A stretch of 64,000 bases of DNA, from assembly GCA_041178425.1 (NCBI GenBank), contig JBEGVH010000009.1:160001-224000 (forward strand). Direction: 5' to 3'. The notes beneath the pieces were generated by a model. That model did not search any database. It was given only the letters and a program-made list of their open reading frames with translations, and was not told the origin of the DNA. Origin of the DNA: Pseudomonadota bacterium. Its GTDB lineage: Bacteria; Bdellovibrionota; Bdellovibrionia; Bdellovibrionales; Bdellovibrionaceae. Below are positions 1-10,289 of the stretch, piece by piece (the stretch's first letter is position 1; the number at the start of each line of letters is the position of its first letter). The translations under genes were made by a program, and so were the position numbers.

Positions 1-292
1 AGTGTTCGTTGGCACGATCAGAAAGATCTCTCTGCTTTGCACGAGTCAGACTGCTCATCCCCGGAAAACTTTTTTTAGTTCGTATGGCATTTACCAGATC
101 AATGCAATGAAGCACTATTCGTTCCATCTCAATCTTAAATCGAGGATAAGGAGAGGGCTGATTGAGAAAGTTATGAAGAATATCGACAGCCTCATCAAAT
201 GACCCTGCAATGACCGCATTCAATACGGCCTCACTGAGTTCATCAACACTCATTTCACCCAAGGTCTGTTCGTGCTTTTTTGCTGCTCCCAT
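1..292 (-). CDS. Hypothetical protein, 5' part only (runs off the window start)
   Basis: Manual translation from ATG at 292 gives MGAAKKHEQTLGEMSVDELSEAVLNAVIAGSFDEAV...FPGMSSLTRAKQRDLSDRANEH, open to position 1. Not in the ORF track because it has no stop in the window. Confidence 0.75.
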   Translation of the reverse strand, partial: MGAAKKHEQTLGEMSVDELSEAVLNAVIAGSFDEAVDILHNFLNQPSPYPRFKIEMERIVLHCIDLVNAIRTKKSFPGMSSLTRAKQRDLSDRANEH

Positions 293-299
293 AATGTCT

Positions 300-326
300 T
301 TATCGACACCTCTACCCTCATTCTAA
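300..326 (-). promoter_or_regulatory. Putative sigma28 (FliA) promoter
   Basis: Minus strand reads TTAG-N15-GTCGATAA (consensus TAAA-N15-GCCGATAA), ending 8 nt before the ATG at 292. Confidence 0.5.
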
Positions 327-486
327 AGTCCTGAGTTGATGCCAAAACTCGTTGTTTCTTTTCCTACAGGCTCATCGAAGGTCTTGACTCTGGACCGCCC
401 AGACGAAGTGCTCGTTCCCGGTTTACTTTTTGACAGAACCTAAGGCCGATTCAATAATAGACTTACCGACAGCTACTCGACATTCG

Positions 487-500
487 TTGATCGAGATCAA
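487..500. promoter_or_regulatory. FNR/CRP-family-type palindrome
   Basis: Exact TTGAT-CGAG-ATCAA, 30 nt upstream of the ATG at 530. Confidence 0.35.
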
Positions 501-529
501 TCGTGACCGTTTTTTCAAGGAGTGAAACT

Positions 530-1708
530 ATGGAACGTCGATTAATGTTAGCAAAAAAATATCAACATCTTTCAGGCTCTGAAAGCTTGGAAAATTCATT
601 TGATTTAAATGAAGATAATCCGAACTTAACGAAGCTTCCCACGGCTAAAGTAAAGTCGGGCGCCATCGAGAGTCTACTCTCTCAGAACGAAGATCTCTCC
701 GCTCGACTAAAAGTTTTGCTGCGTCGATTGGCAAGCATCGAAGAAGAAAATCTAAAACTGACCCAAGAACATCGCGAAATGAAACATCAAGTGACAGGGC
801 TTGCAGATCAAGCCTCTGTTTACAGGGAAAAAGAACATACTTGGCGCGAAAGGACTATTACTGCCGAGGAGGCCCTCGACATGCAGCAGTCGGAACTTCG
901 CCAAAAAGAAGTCGAATTTGCTAAGCTCCGAGCTCAAGAATGGGAAACGCGAGAGCACCTTCAGAGTCAAATGCAAAAAACTGAACGCTCTTTCCTTCGC
1001 CTACTGCGGTATCGCGCCCGAGTGAGAAACTGGGGCCATCCAGCACTCAAGCGACTTCAGAATCTACTTGCCGAAAAAGAACAGCGCATCGAGCAATTCA
1101 AAAGAGAATTACAGAATACTGAAATTCAGAGTCAAAACTTAATTCACAAAAATCTTGAACAGGTTCGCAAAGGTCGCGAGGCCGTACGAGCCATTGAAGA
1201 AGAGAAACTTCAAATTGTTGCTCAGTTTGAACAGCAACGAGACGACCTTAAAGCGGAGATACTAACTCTTAATGAAACAACTGTTGAATTGCGCAAAAAG
1301 GCTTCGCTGCTCGATCGTAGCTTGGAACGACAAGATTATTTAGAAAACCGCCTCATTTTTGCGGAACGAGAAAATCAGGATTTACGCGAACGCTACAATC
1401 AGGAATTCAATCAGGTTCAAGTTCAAATGCACGATTGGCGAACCAAGGCTCAAAAACTCGAGGCCGAGAACGAATACCTCGCGAAAGCCAAAGCGGAATT
1501 CGAGGGGCAGTACCATCGCACCCGTGAAGTGGCTAGTCGCCTAGAGGAGCAAATGGACGCTCTACGTATTTTATGGAAAGAAAAAGTACATGAAAACGAG
1601 CGGCTTCGTAATAATTTGCAGGCTGTTGACTCGATCAATTCGGAGCTCTCACTAAAAATCAATGAGCTCAGTGACTTTAATCTCGCAAACATGCCGGAGC
1701 CGATCTGA
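530..1708 (+). CDS. Long coiled-coil protein
   Basis: E/Q/K/R/L-rich heptad-like sequence throughout. AAGGAG RBS precedes the ATG at 530 (ORF track starts at GTG 503). Confidence 0.8.
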   Translation: MERRLMLAKKYQHLSGSESLENSFDLNEDNPNLTKLPTAKVKSGAIESLLSQNEDLSARLKVLLRRLASIEEENLKLTQEHREMKHQVTGLADQASVYREKEHTWRERTITAEEALDMQQSELRQKEVEFAKLRAQEWETREHLQSQMQKTERSFLRLLRYRARVRNWGHPALKRLQNLLAEKEQRIEQFKRELQNTEIQSQNLIHKNLEQVRKGREAVRAIEEEKLQIVAQFEQQRDDLKAEILTLNETTVELRKKASLLDRSLERQDYLENRLIFAERENQDLRERYNQEFNQVQVQMHDWRTKAQKLEAENEYLAKAKAEFEGQYHRTREVASRLEEQMDALRILWKEKVHENERLRNNLQAVDSINSELSLKINELSDFNLANMPEPI

Positions 1709-1810
1709 CAAAGAGGCTCTATGACATGTAACAAGAATTCTTGAATCTTCACCGTTATTTAAATAAGCTTCAAGGCAGAGCGACACTTATCAACAACAGG
1801 GGGAGATGAG

Positions 1811-4237
1811 TTGAGGTCTTCGATCTTCACGACATTTTTTCTTCTGAATTTGGTTATATCATTTGTTTCTCCGTTCTCCTTTGGCCAAACATCTTTTGAT
1901 GGCATCCTCATTCAAGCTGATTCTGGCGAGAGAAATCTACAAAACAGGTCCGTCGAGCTATCGGGAAACATTCAAATTATTTTCAATGGCCAACATTTGA
2001 GTGCCGATCGCGCTACGATCTATCAAGATCGTAGCGAAATTGAAGCTGAAGGACACATACTTTTTACGACAGCGAAGACAACTCTTGGTGGCAATAAAAT
2101 AGTCATCAACTACAAAACCAACAAAGGCTCCGTCTACTCAGGGTTTATTCAGTCAGGTCAGGTTATTTTTGAGGGGTCAGTCATTGAAAAGAGGGGCGAA
2201 GACGAATATTTTGCCCTACAAAGCCAATACACATCCTGTACAACCTGTCCGGCGGCATGGAGTTTTGCTGGTCAATCGATCGAAGCAGAAATCGGCGGTT
2301 ATGCCCTCATAAAAAATAGCTTTCTTTATTTCGGCACTGTCCCCGTCATCTGGCTGCCATATCTGATTGTTCCCTTAAAGAGCGAACGGCAGACTGGGCT
2401 CTTGACTCCTAGTGTGGAATACTCAAAGCGCGAAGGACTGAGTCTTGCGCAACCTTTTTTCTGGGCGATATCGAAACACCAAGACGCCACTTTTACCGTT
2501 CAGAGCTACGCGAACCGAGGAATGAAAACGCTCACGAATTACAGATATATCCTTGATAAAAATAGTTCGGGCGAACTGGATGCCGGATATATTCGCGATA
2601 GTTACTTTGGAACAAGTAAACGTTTTTCTACCTTCATGCCCGAAACATCTCGAATCAATCGTTGGTTTATGCGATACCGGCATTACTACGTTCTTCCGGA
2701 GAATTGGATCCAGAGAGCTGAAATCAACAACGCGAGTGACCTTCAATACACGAATGATTTTCCGTTTGAAACTCATAGCCTGGGCGATCCTGCCATGGAA
2801 TCAAGACTCTCACTCACAAAAAATTCAGAGGACCAACATTTCAGCATAGATACCTCTTATTATGTGAATCTACTGAAGGCTAATCCTTCGGCGTCTAATA
2901 ATGACAGTGTTCATCGCTTGCCAGAAATCAGCCTTATTTCGACGAAAAAACCGCTAGGAGACAGTGGATTTCTCTTTAACTACCAGCTTCGTTACACCCA
3001 TTTTGCCCGAAATGAGTTTGCTTATGATGACCTCTCGTCAGGCAACGATTCCGAGGGAAAATTCAATCGCCAAGTCACCTACCGATGTGCAAATGGCGCC
3101 ACAGGAACAGATCCAAAATGGGAATACGATCCAACTTGTAAGCCAGTCAGAGACGGAGAATTTAATCCTGGAACTGATCTCATTCGCTCGGGTCAACGAT
3201 TAATTTTTGAGCCAAGTCTGACTCGTCCTTTTCAGCTTGGAGCCTTCTTCAATCTTATCCCTCGCCTTTCTTTTCGTGAATCTCACTACCGTTTTGGTAT
3301 CGAAGATGTTCCAGATCTTACCCGCCAGTTTCTAAGAACTGAATTAAGGTTGCAAACAACATTTAGTCGAATTTTTGGTGATTTGAGCGATCCGTATTCC
3401 CAACGCTATAAACATGAATTTCAACCAGAGGTCATTTCAACCTCAGTGCCTTGGTTGAGTCAGCCTTATCATCCGTTTTTGGGTTTTACTCAATCTTCTG
3501 AAATTCCTTTTTTCTCGCGCGAAGCGGCCTCCAACTCTGATCTTTATGGCGACAATGGCATTCAATTTGACTATGACGACAGACTTTTTGATCGCAATTT
3601 GGTCACCTATCGTGTGATCAATAAGATTACCAAAAAATCCTGGGATGAGGCTCAATCGGCCGCCACTTACGATCGTCTTTTGACTTGGCAACTGAGCCAA
3701 ACCTACGATGTTTATGAAGCTCAAAGCGGAGGAACCCCTCGACCGTGGTCAGACATTGAAAGCATATTGAATATAAATCTTAATCACTTTAATACATATA
3801 CAAAAATCAACTTCTTTCCCTATCAAAAGCTAGCAGATACATCATCGCAGGTTACAATGAATGATGATCGCGGAAACTACTTAAAACTAGGGCTGACACG
3901 CAAATATCAGCCAGACAATGAAGGGGTCATCGACGTCAAAAAACGAACCGAAGACTATTTGCTTCAGGTTGGAACCACTGCAAAATATGTGAATCTCGCC
4001 GGACGAGTGATTTATAACGGTAACGAGTATTTAGCCGCCCAAGATACCACTCGTATCAAGGCTCTCACCTATGCGGTCATTCTACGTCCACCTGGTAATT
4101 GCTGGGGAATTCACTTCTTACAACACAGCGATGTATCTACTCGCAATACAACTTACAAACTTCAGTTCGATTTTTTATTTGATGGAAAAGCCTCAACACA
4201 GTCGCCAACAAAACTCTTGGAAACTTACGGTTTTTAG
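1811..4237 (+). CDS. lptD: LPS-assembly protein LptD
   Basis: Signal peptide, N-terminal OstA-like jellyroll (IQADS...LSGNIQI...LSADRA), YTSCTTC, SERQTGLLTP, C-terminal beta-barrel with NCWG. Confidence 0.9.
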   Translation: MRSSIFTTFFLLNLVISFVSPFSFGQTSFDGILIQADSGERNLQNRSVELSGNIQIIFNGQHLSADRATIYQDRSEIEAEGHILFTTAKTTLGGNKIVINYKTNKGSVYSGFIQSGQVIFEGSVIEKRGEDEYFALQSQYTSCTTCPAAWSFAGQSIEAEIGGYALIKNSFLYFGTVPVIWLPYLIVPLKSERQTGLLTPSVEYSKREGLSLAQPFFWAISKHQDATFTVQSYANRGMKTLTNYRYILDKNSSGELDAGYIRDSYFGTSKRFSTFMPETSRINRWFMRYRHYYVLPENWIQRAEINNASDLQYTNDFPFETHSLGDPAMESRLSLTKNSEDQHFSIDTSYYVNLLKANPSASNNDSVHRLPEISLISTKKPLGDSGFLFNYQLRYTHFARNEFAYDDLSSGNDSEGKFNRQVTYRCANGATGTDPKWEYDPTCKPVRDGEFNPGTDLIRSGQRLIFEPSLTRPFQLGAFFNLIPRLSFRESHYRFGIEDVPDLTRQFLRTELRLQTTFSRIFGDLSDPYSQRYKHEFQPEVISTSVPWLSQPYHPFLGFTQSSEIPFFSREAASNSDLYGDNGIQFDYDDRLFDRNLVTYRVINKITKKSWDEAQSAATYDRLLTWQLSQTYDVYEAQSGGTPRPWSDIESILNINLNHFNTYTKINFFPYQKLADTSSQVTMNDDRGNYLKLGLTRKYQPDNEGVIDVKKRTEDYLLQVGTTAKYVNLAGRVIYNGNEYLAAQDTTRIKALTYAVILRPPGNCWGIHFLQHSDVSTRNTTYKLQFDFLFDGKASTQSPTKLLETYGF

Positions 4238-4250
4238 TTCTAATGCTTAA

Positions 4251-5351
4251 TTACTGATACTCAAAGTAGGCTGCACAAGCTCCTTCGGAAGACACCATCG
4301 GCGCCCCCATAGGATTTTGCGGATGGCACTTGGTTCCGAAAAAAGGGCATTGCTTCGGCTTGATCAATCCCTGAAGAACTTCGGCCGCTCTGCAATCATT
4401 GATCGTCGTAGAACTAGAAAAATCAAGGCCACTCCACTTTTTGCGCGCATCGAATCTCTCATATTCTGGCCTCAAATCTAACCCACTCGAGGGAATTTTT
4501 CCAATGCCTCGCCACTCTTGATTCACTAATTGAAAAACCTTTTGCAGTGTCTGTTGAGCCACAGGATTTCCCTCTGGCTTCACCATTCTAGAGTACTGAA
4601 TATCGACAACGCACTCCCCTTTTTCGAGTAATTCCACAGTTCTTCGAATTCCTAAAAGCACATCGACCGGCTCAAAACCAGTAATTACGATAGGCACACC
4701 ATATTTTTGTGCCAGGGGTTCGTACTCACGAGATCCCATCACTGTGCAAACATGACCGGCAGCGAGAAAACCTTGCACGCGCGTTGCTGGATTATCCATG
4801 ATCGCGGCGATCGCTGGTGGAACGCGCACCTGATGAGTTAACAAATAGAAATTAATTAAACCTAACTTTTCTGCTTGGAGTAAGGCGATCGCATTCGGTA
4901 AAGAGGTGGTTTCAAATCCCACGGCAAGAAAGACGACTGTTTTTTCGCGATTTCTCTCGGCCAACTTGACGGCATCCAGGGGAGAATACACGACTTCAAC
5001 CTCTCCCCCTTGGGCACGGGCCTGAAGAAGAGAACCATTGAAGCCCGGAACCCTCAGCATATCTCCAAAACTGGCTAACACAACACCTTCTTGAAGACAA
5101 AGATGGATAGCCCTGTCGATAACACTCTGAGGAGTCACACAAACAGGACATCCGGGCCCATGAATCATTTGAATTTCTTGAGGGAGGATTTGCTCAAGCT
5201 GATATTTTACAATCGAATGAGTCTGACCTCCGCAGACTTCCATAATTCTCCAAGACTGACGACAAATACTTTTAATTTGTTGAGTGATGGCTCGAATTGA
5301 CTGAGACTCTCTAAACTCCTCAAGGTACTTCACTGGCCTAATCCTCGCCAT
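4251..5351 (-). CDS. hypD: Hydrogenase maturation protein HypD
   Basis: MEVCGGQTH, HGPGCPVC, GFETT, AAGHV, C-terminal MVSSEGACAAY. Confidence 0.97.
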   Translation of the reverse strand: MARIRPVKYLEEFRESQSIRAITQQIKSICRQSWRIMEVCGGQTHSIVKYQLEQILPQEIQMIHGPGCPVCVTPQSVIDRAIHLCLQEGVVLASFGDMLRVPGFNGSLLQARAQGGEVEVVYSPLDAVKLAERNREKTVVFLAVGFETTSLPNAIALLQAEKLGLINFYLLTHQVRVPPAIAAIMDNPATRVQGFLAAGHVCTVMGSREYEPLAQKYGVPIVITGFEPVDVLLGIRRTVELLEKGECVVDIQYSRMVKPEGNPVAQQTLQKVFQLVNQEWRGIGKIPSSGLDLRPEYERFDARKKWSGLDFSSSTTINDCRAAEVLQGLIKPKQCPFFGTKCHPQNPMGAPMVSSEGACAAYFEYQ

Positions 5352-5574
5352 CTCTCATGAGTGCGAGTTCCTGAATAATTTTATTTGCTTCAGCCTCATC
5401 AATAATCTGCAAAGCCACTCCCGCATGAGCAATCACATAATCGCCCACGGTTGCTTCGGGCACACAGGCCAGACTGATTGTACGCTGAATGCCGCCAAAA
5501 TCCACCTCGGCCGACCTGTCAATAGCATCAAGTTCGTTCAATTTTATTATCAACCCTGGAACCGCCAAACACAT
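5338..5574 (-). CDS. hypC: Hydrogenase chaperone HypC/HupF
   Basis: N-terminal MCLAVP and VGDYVIAHAG. Confidence 0.97.
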   Translation of the reverse strand: MCLAVPGLIIKLNELDAIDRSAEVDFGGIQRTISLACVPEATVGDYVIAHAGVALQIIDEAEANKIIQELALMRDGED

Positions 5575-5589
5575 TCAAGTAAGTCCTCT

Positions 5590-6384
5590 CTAGAGCAATC
5601 GAATCGCTTCAAGTCGTTGTTCTATCCATAGGATAAGACTATCTAGTCCCTCTTCCTTAATGGCGCTGGTCTCAAACAGGGGTGCCATCGAATTGAGGCG
5701 CCTGACCTGTGATTTTGCTTTCTGTAGAGACCACTGCAGATGTGGAACTAAATCCATTTTAGTTAAAATGATAGCCTGAGCTTGAGAAAAAAGGACCGGA
5801 TACTTGACCGGCTTATCCTCACCTTCTGTGGTCGAAAGCAGAGCCACTTTGGCCGCCTCACCAAGATCAAAGGCCGACGGGCAAACAAGATTGCCCACGT
5901 TTTCAATAATTAAAACATCGGTTTCCGGAGAGATAAAAGTTCCTAACTCTTTTTGAATATGAGGGGCATCGAGGTGACAGGAGCTATGGGTGTTAATTTG
6001 CTTCACCAAGGCCCCTTTATTCTGTAGTCGATCGGCATCTAAACTAGTAGCTTGATCGCCGACAAGCACAGCCACTCTGAATTTTTTTGAGAGGAGCTGC
6101 AAAAGCTTTTCTAAAAGAAGAGTTTTTCCACTCCCTGGCGAACTGATGAAATTGAGACAAAGAATTTTATTATCGAGAAACCAAACACGATTGTTCTGTG
6201 CAATCTCATCGTTTTTTGCAAGCACAGCAAGAGTAGTATCTATGACCACTTTCTTTGCTGAGTGAACAGAGTGATGATTCGTGTGATCGTGATCGTGATC
6301 GTGACTGTGCCATGTGCCGTCTTCGTGTTGGTGCCAACTTGAGTTCTGTTCTGCTTTTACGCTACAACCACAATCTTTACACAT
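5590..6384 (-). CDS. hypB: Hydrogenase nickel incorporation GTPase HypB
   Basis: MCKDCGC, His-rich linker, SPGSGKT, CHLDA, ENVGNLVCP, EGEDKPVKYP, TKMD. Confidence 0.97.
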   Translation of the reverse strand: MCKDCGCSVKAEQNSSWHQHEDGTWHSHDHDHDHTNHHSVHSAKKVVIDTTLAVLAKNDEIAQNNRVWFLDNKILCLNFISSPGSGKTLLLEKLLQLLSKKFRVAVLVGDQATSLDADRLQNKGALVKQINTHSSCHLDAPHIQKELGTFISPETDVLIIENVGNLVCPSAFDLGEAAKVALLSTTEGEDKPVKYPVLFSQAQAIILTKMDLVPHLQWSLQKAKSQVRRLNSMAPLFETSAIKEEGLDSLILWIEQRLEAIRLL

Positions 6385-6727
6385 GAGGTTCTCCTTCGAT
6401 TTTTTGAATTAAAAAATCAGTTCCATCGATGGTCTCCGTATCGTTACTGCCACAGGATCGACACTGAATATGCCAATCATCAACTTTTTGTTCTAATCCA
6501 CAGGCCATACACCGAATACGCCAGGGCACCGACGTAATGTGCATCTTCAAATGCGCCCAATCACTCGAGGGAATAAAGAGATTGTAAGCGGACTCTAGAA
6601 AACTAATATCGACTCCGGCCATTTCTCCGACCGAGACATACACGTCGGTGATCGACGATAAATTGTACTTTTGTTTCATGTCGCTGAGTTGATCAAGCAT
6701 ATTTTCAAGTAAGCTCAACTCGTGCAT
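6377..6727 (-). CDS. hypA: Hydrogenase nickel metallochaperone HypA
   Basis: MHE N-terminus and two CxxC motifs (CMAC, CRSC). Confidence 0.95.
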   Translation of the reverse strand: MHELSLLENMLDQLSDMKQKYNLSSITDVYVSVGEMAGVDISFLESAYNLFIPSSDWAHLKMHITSVPWRIRCMACGLEQKVDDWHIQCRSCGSNDTETIDGTDFLIQKIEGEPHV

Positions 6728-7785
6728 TAGCAGATCCTCGGTAACAACTCACCCGGAGGAAGCATCCAACGACGGCTCACACCACTGGGGAGCTTCAAGC
6801 GACACAAACCTGGATCGCTCTCTCCAACAACAGTTCCTATCACGGCGGCCGTTGATGAATGAGAAAACGTTTTTAAAAGCTTTACTGTCTCAGTGGCTTG
6901 TGTCGGCGAAACAAAGAGTAAACAAGCGCCTTCGTTCGCCATCGAATGAACATCTAGGCCTAAAAGTTCGCAGGCACTCGCCACATCTTTTTGTTTGGGA
7001 ATCAGCTGTTCCTCTAACTCAATTTGCTTTTGCCCGGTCGATGCAATCTCTACCGCGGCAGCCAGCAATCCCCCACGCGTGAGATCTCGCGCACAGTGAA
7101 TCGCAATATCGTTTTCGACTAAAGCTTTAGTCATACTGACAAGTTCATGGCAATCACTTTGAATCGAACTTTTTAAACCCAATTGATTACGTGCACATAA
7201 AATGGCGGTTCCATGATTACCAATTTCTCGCGATAAAATAGCAATGTCTCCTACCTGCAGCCTTTTTGGCTGCCAGGCACAAGGTGCGATTTTTAAACCA
7301 ATTCCGGAGGTGTTAATAAAAATCTTATCGCCTTTTCCTCTTGGAACAACTTTTGTATCGCCGCAGGTTACTTTAAGATTGAGGGCCTTTAGCTCTTGGG
7401 CCATAGACCTTAAGACTTTGCGAAAGTCAGAAAGCAAAAAACCCTCTTCAAGAATGAACGCCACTGATATTGCTACGGGCTCAGCGCCCATCATTGCAAG
7501 GTCATTGACAGTTCCAACAATACTTAACTTTCCAATATCACCGCCTGGAAAAAAAATCGGATCAACAACGAAGGAATCGGTCGTAAAAACAAGATCCTCC
7601 GGTCCCCATCTCTCACGAATTGGCAATGTGACAAACCCTGCGTCGAGTTCATGAAGAAAGAGAGAATCACCTAACTCCGGGCCAATAACGTAGCGTAATA
7701 AATCGCTCGTCATACGTCCACCGCTTCCATGTCCGATGATGATGTGGTCAAATTGGTATTGAGGCAAAGGGCAATTCAAATTCAT
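6727..7785 (-). CDS. hypE: Carbamoyl dehydratase HypE
   Basis: HGSGG, FTTDSFVVDPIFFPGGDIG, GTVNDLAM, RDLTRGG, C-terminal PRIC. Confidence 0.97.
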   Translation of the reverse strand: MNLNCPLPQYQFDHIIIGHGSGGRMTSDLLRYVIGPELGDSLFLHELDAGFVTLPIRERWGPEDLVFTTDSFVVDPIFFPGGDIGKLSIVGTVNDLAMMGAEPVAISVAFILEEGFLLSDFRKVLRSMAQELKALNLKVTCGDTKVVPRGKGDKIFINTSGIGLKIAPCAWQPKRLQVGDIAILSREIGNHGTAILCARNQLGLKSSIQSDCHELVSMTKALVENDIAIHCARDLTRGGLLAAAVEIASTGQKQIELEEQLIPKQKDVASACELLGLDVHSMANEGACLLFVSPTQATETVKLLKTFSHSSTAAVIGTVVGESDPGLCRLKLPSGVSRRWMLPPGELLPRIC

Positions 7786-7830
7786 AGGCTGAGCCTACCC
7801 TCTAATCTCCTTTTTGAAAATCAAAACGTC

Positions 7831-10119
7831 TTAAAGGGAGCTTTTTTGACTCCTGAGTTGGCCAATCGCAACACCACCATCGTTAATTGGAACCCGGCTT
7901 GGCACCAGAACCCTAAAATTCCTCCTTACCCCTTCTTTCATAATTCCTCCGAGCAGAATTCGGTTTTGAAATACGCCACCTCCTAAAACCAATGTCTTTT
8001 GATTGAGGTGCTCTGCGAGCGAAAAACAACTGTCTATGAGTACATGGTGAAAATCAATTGCCTTTTGATTAGGAGATTCTCCGCGAAGATAAGATCTCGC
8101 TGCTGAACGAATCCATTCTCTCCAATCTAAAAGGGAAAAATTGTTCTGCAAAACCCAAGGATCGCAAGAGGATACCGACGGGCTCACACTCTCAGCGGCA
8201 AATTCGAGTTTCATCGCTGCTTCGGCATCAAATGAATTTTCTTGTGCAATGCCAAGAAGGGCCGCAACACCCTCAAAAAAACGACCCATACTTGTGCAGA
8301 CAGGGGAGTTGATTTTTTTTTGCCACATTTGCTGAAGTATCTCAAAGTCCTGAACCTGCTTCGTCGATTGAGCTTTTAAAAACCACTCTTTTGCCAAACC
8401 AACATCAACGTCGAACAAGAGCGCTAAGGCCACTCGCCATGGCGCGCGCACGGCGGAGCTTCCCCCCAGCAAAAGAAAGGGTCTCAACGAAGCCACTCTC
8501 AATAAATCATTGGAGCGCGGATCATTCAAAAAGAATTCTCCTCCCCATATCGTACCATCATCGCCGTAACCAGTGCCATCCCAGGCGACCCCCAAAAAAG
8601 AGCTATCGATTTGATTTTCAACCAAGGTTGAATAGATATGAGCTCGGTGATGTTGAATACTATTTTTTGGTAAGTTCAAGGCTTCGCTTTGTGTCTGAAT
8701 CCATTCCGAAGTAAAGTAACCTGGGTGTTTATCGTGAATAAAGCCATCGGGATTCCATTGGTAAAATTTTGAGTATTCTCGGAATTCACTTTGATAGAGC
8801 TCCTGACTTAACTCACTCTCCATATCTCCTAGATGTTGACTCAAAATGATTTTGTTTTTCGCCTGCAAGGCAAAGGTAGCTTTCATATGGGGACCACTCG
8901 CGAAAAGTCTTTCACTCCCATTCGCTTTGAACAGCAAAGGAGCTAGACCACGAGCGGCTCTCAAAACAAAAACTTGTCCTTCGGTAACTTGAACCACAGA
9001 GTCATCGATAGGGCGAGCAATTGGTCGATCATGAACCAAAAAATAATCAGCAACTCCTCGAAGCCTTTCAAAAACATCGGGCTCACTTGAGACCATTGGT
9101 TCGTCAGACAAATTAGCGCTGGTAACAACCAAGGGACCTTCAAATAGTTGGAGTAACCAGTGATGCAGCGGAGTATTGGGTAAAAAGACACCCAAATAAG
9201 GGTTCTCTGGAGCCACTTCCTCGCTTAAGGATTCACCCTCCTTCTTTTTTTTCAAAAGAACAATCGGGGCAGCCTCAGATTGTAACTGAGCTTTTTCGAT
9301 TTCATTCACTTCACAATAAATACCAACCTCAATAATATTGCTCACCATCACTGCAAAGGGTTTTCTCGCTCTCACCTTTCTCGCTCTCAAAGCGAGTAAG
9401 GCCTGTGAGTTTTTGGCATCAACTACTAATTGATAGCCGCCAATTCCTTTGACGGCGACAATTTTACCGCACTTCAGTTGTTCAACTGCTTTTTCTAAGG
9501 CTGAAAACCCCTGCGCCAGCTCCGTTTGATCTGAAGCAAACATTGTGAGTTTAGGGCCACAATCGGCACAGGCGTTAGGTTGAGCATGGAATCGACGATC
9601 ACGTGGATTCTCAAATTCTCTTAGACAGGCGTTACACTGAATGAAGGCAGACATTGTTGTTTGAGAGCGGTCATAGGGTAAACCAGTGATGATTGAGAAT
9701 CGAGGTCCGCAGTGAGTGCAATTAGTAAATAAATATCGGTAGCGTCTATTCGAGGGATCGTTAATTTCGCTCACGCACTGTGAACAGGTTGCCAGATCCG
9801 GTAAAACATCAGCGGCAAAATTGGCTGTCAATTCGCTCTCTCTTATCTCAAAGCTATCAAATGGCGGATCGGTGTCTCTACTCGTTGAAACAGAGATATC
9901 GTCGATCTGAGCCATTTTGGGTTTCTCCGCCCTTAGCCGACGAATAAAAAGCTTCTGTGTCTCTTCACTGCAATCAATAACAACATTAACACCCTCGGTA
10001 TCATTATTGACCCATCCCTTTAAGTTTAATTCCAGGGCTAAATTGAACACGAACGGGCGGAAGCCAATACCTTGAACAATCCCTCTAATGCGTAAATGAT
10101 GACGATTAATGAAGTTCAT
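7831..10119 (-). CDS. hypF: Carbamoyltransferase HypF
   Basis: Acylphosphatase domain (GIVQGIGFRPF), CxxC zinc fingers, YrdC-like domain, Kae1-like domain (QHHRAH, DGTGYGDDG, NDGG). Confidence 0.97.
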   Translation of the reverse strand: MNFINRHHLRIRGIVQGIGFRPFVFNLALELNLKGWVNNDTEGVNVVIDCSEETQKLFIRRLRAEKPKMAQIDDISVSTSRDTDPPFDSFEIRESELTANFAADVLPDLATCSQCVSEINDPSNRRYRYLFTNCTHCGPRFSIITGLPYDRSQTTMSAFIQCNACLREFENPRDRRFHAQPNACADCGPKLTMFASDQTELAQGFSALEKAVEQLKCGKIVAVKGIGGYQLVVDAKNSQALLALRARKVRARKPFAVMVSNIIEVGIYCEVNEIEKAQLQSEAAPIVLLKKKKEGESLSEEVAPENPYLGVFLPNTPLHHWLLQLFEGPLVVTSANLSDEPMVSSEPDVFERLRGVADYFLVHDRPIARPIDDSVVQVTEGQVFVLRAARGLAPLLFKANGSERLFASGPHMKATFALQAKNKIILSQHLGDMESELSQELYQSEFREYSKFYQWNPDGFIHDKHPGYFTSEWIQTQSEALNLPKNSIQHHRAHIYSTLVENQIDSSFLGVAWDGTGYGDDGTIWGGEFFLNDPRSNDLLRVASLRPFLLLGGSSAVRAPWRVALALLFDVDVGLAKEWFLKAQSTKQVQDFEILQQMWQKKINSPVCTSMGRFFEGVAALLGIAQENSFDAEAAMKLEFAAESVSPSVSSCDPWVLQNNFSLLDWREWIRSAARSYLRGESPNQKAIDFHHVLIDSCFSLAEHLNQKTLVLGGGVFQNRILLGGIMKEGVRRNFRVLVPSRVPINDGGVAIGQLRSQKSSL

Positions 10120-10289
10120 AAGTTGATTCTATTGCAAAACATCGCTGGCGAAAAGTCTTCTTGTGTGAATTGAGTTTCATCGGCGGCAATAAAGGCCATT
10201 ATCGGTTAATTCTCAATCAGACGGTCATTTTGATCCCTCCCCTTGATTTGCTTAATACAAGCGATTAGGCTCTCCTAATCGGAGGTTCT

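Noticed and set aside
2..202. 66-aa plus-strand ORF in the track
   Set aside because: Shadow of a longer open minus-strand CDS starting at 292 that has a promoter-like motif
6268..6335. GTGATC tandem repeats
   Set aside because: They encode the HDHDHDH nickel-binding linker of HypB and are not a CRISPR or independent repeat
10198..10230. ACCGATAA upstream of hypF as a sigma28 promoter
   Set aside because: No acceptable -35 element at 15-nt spacing
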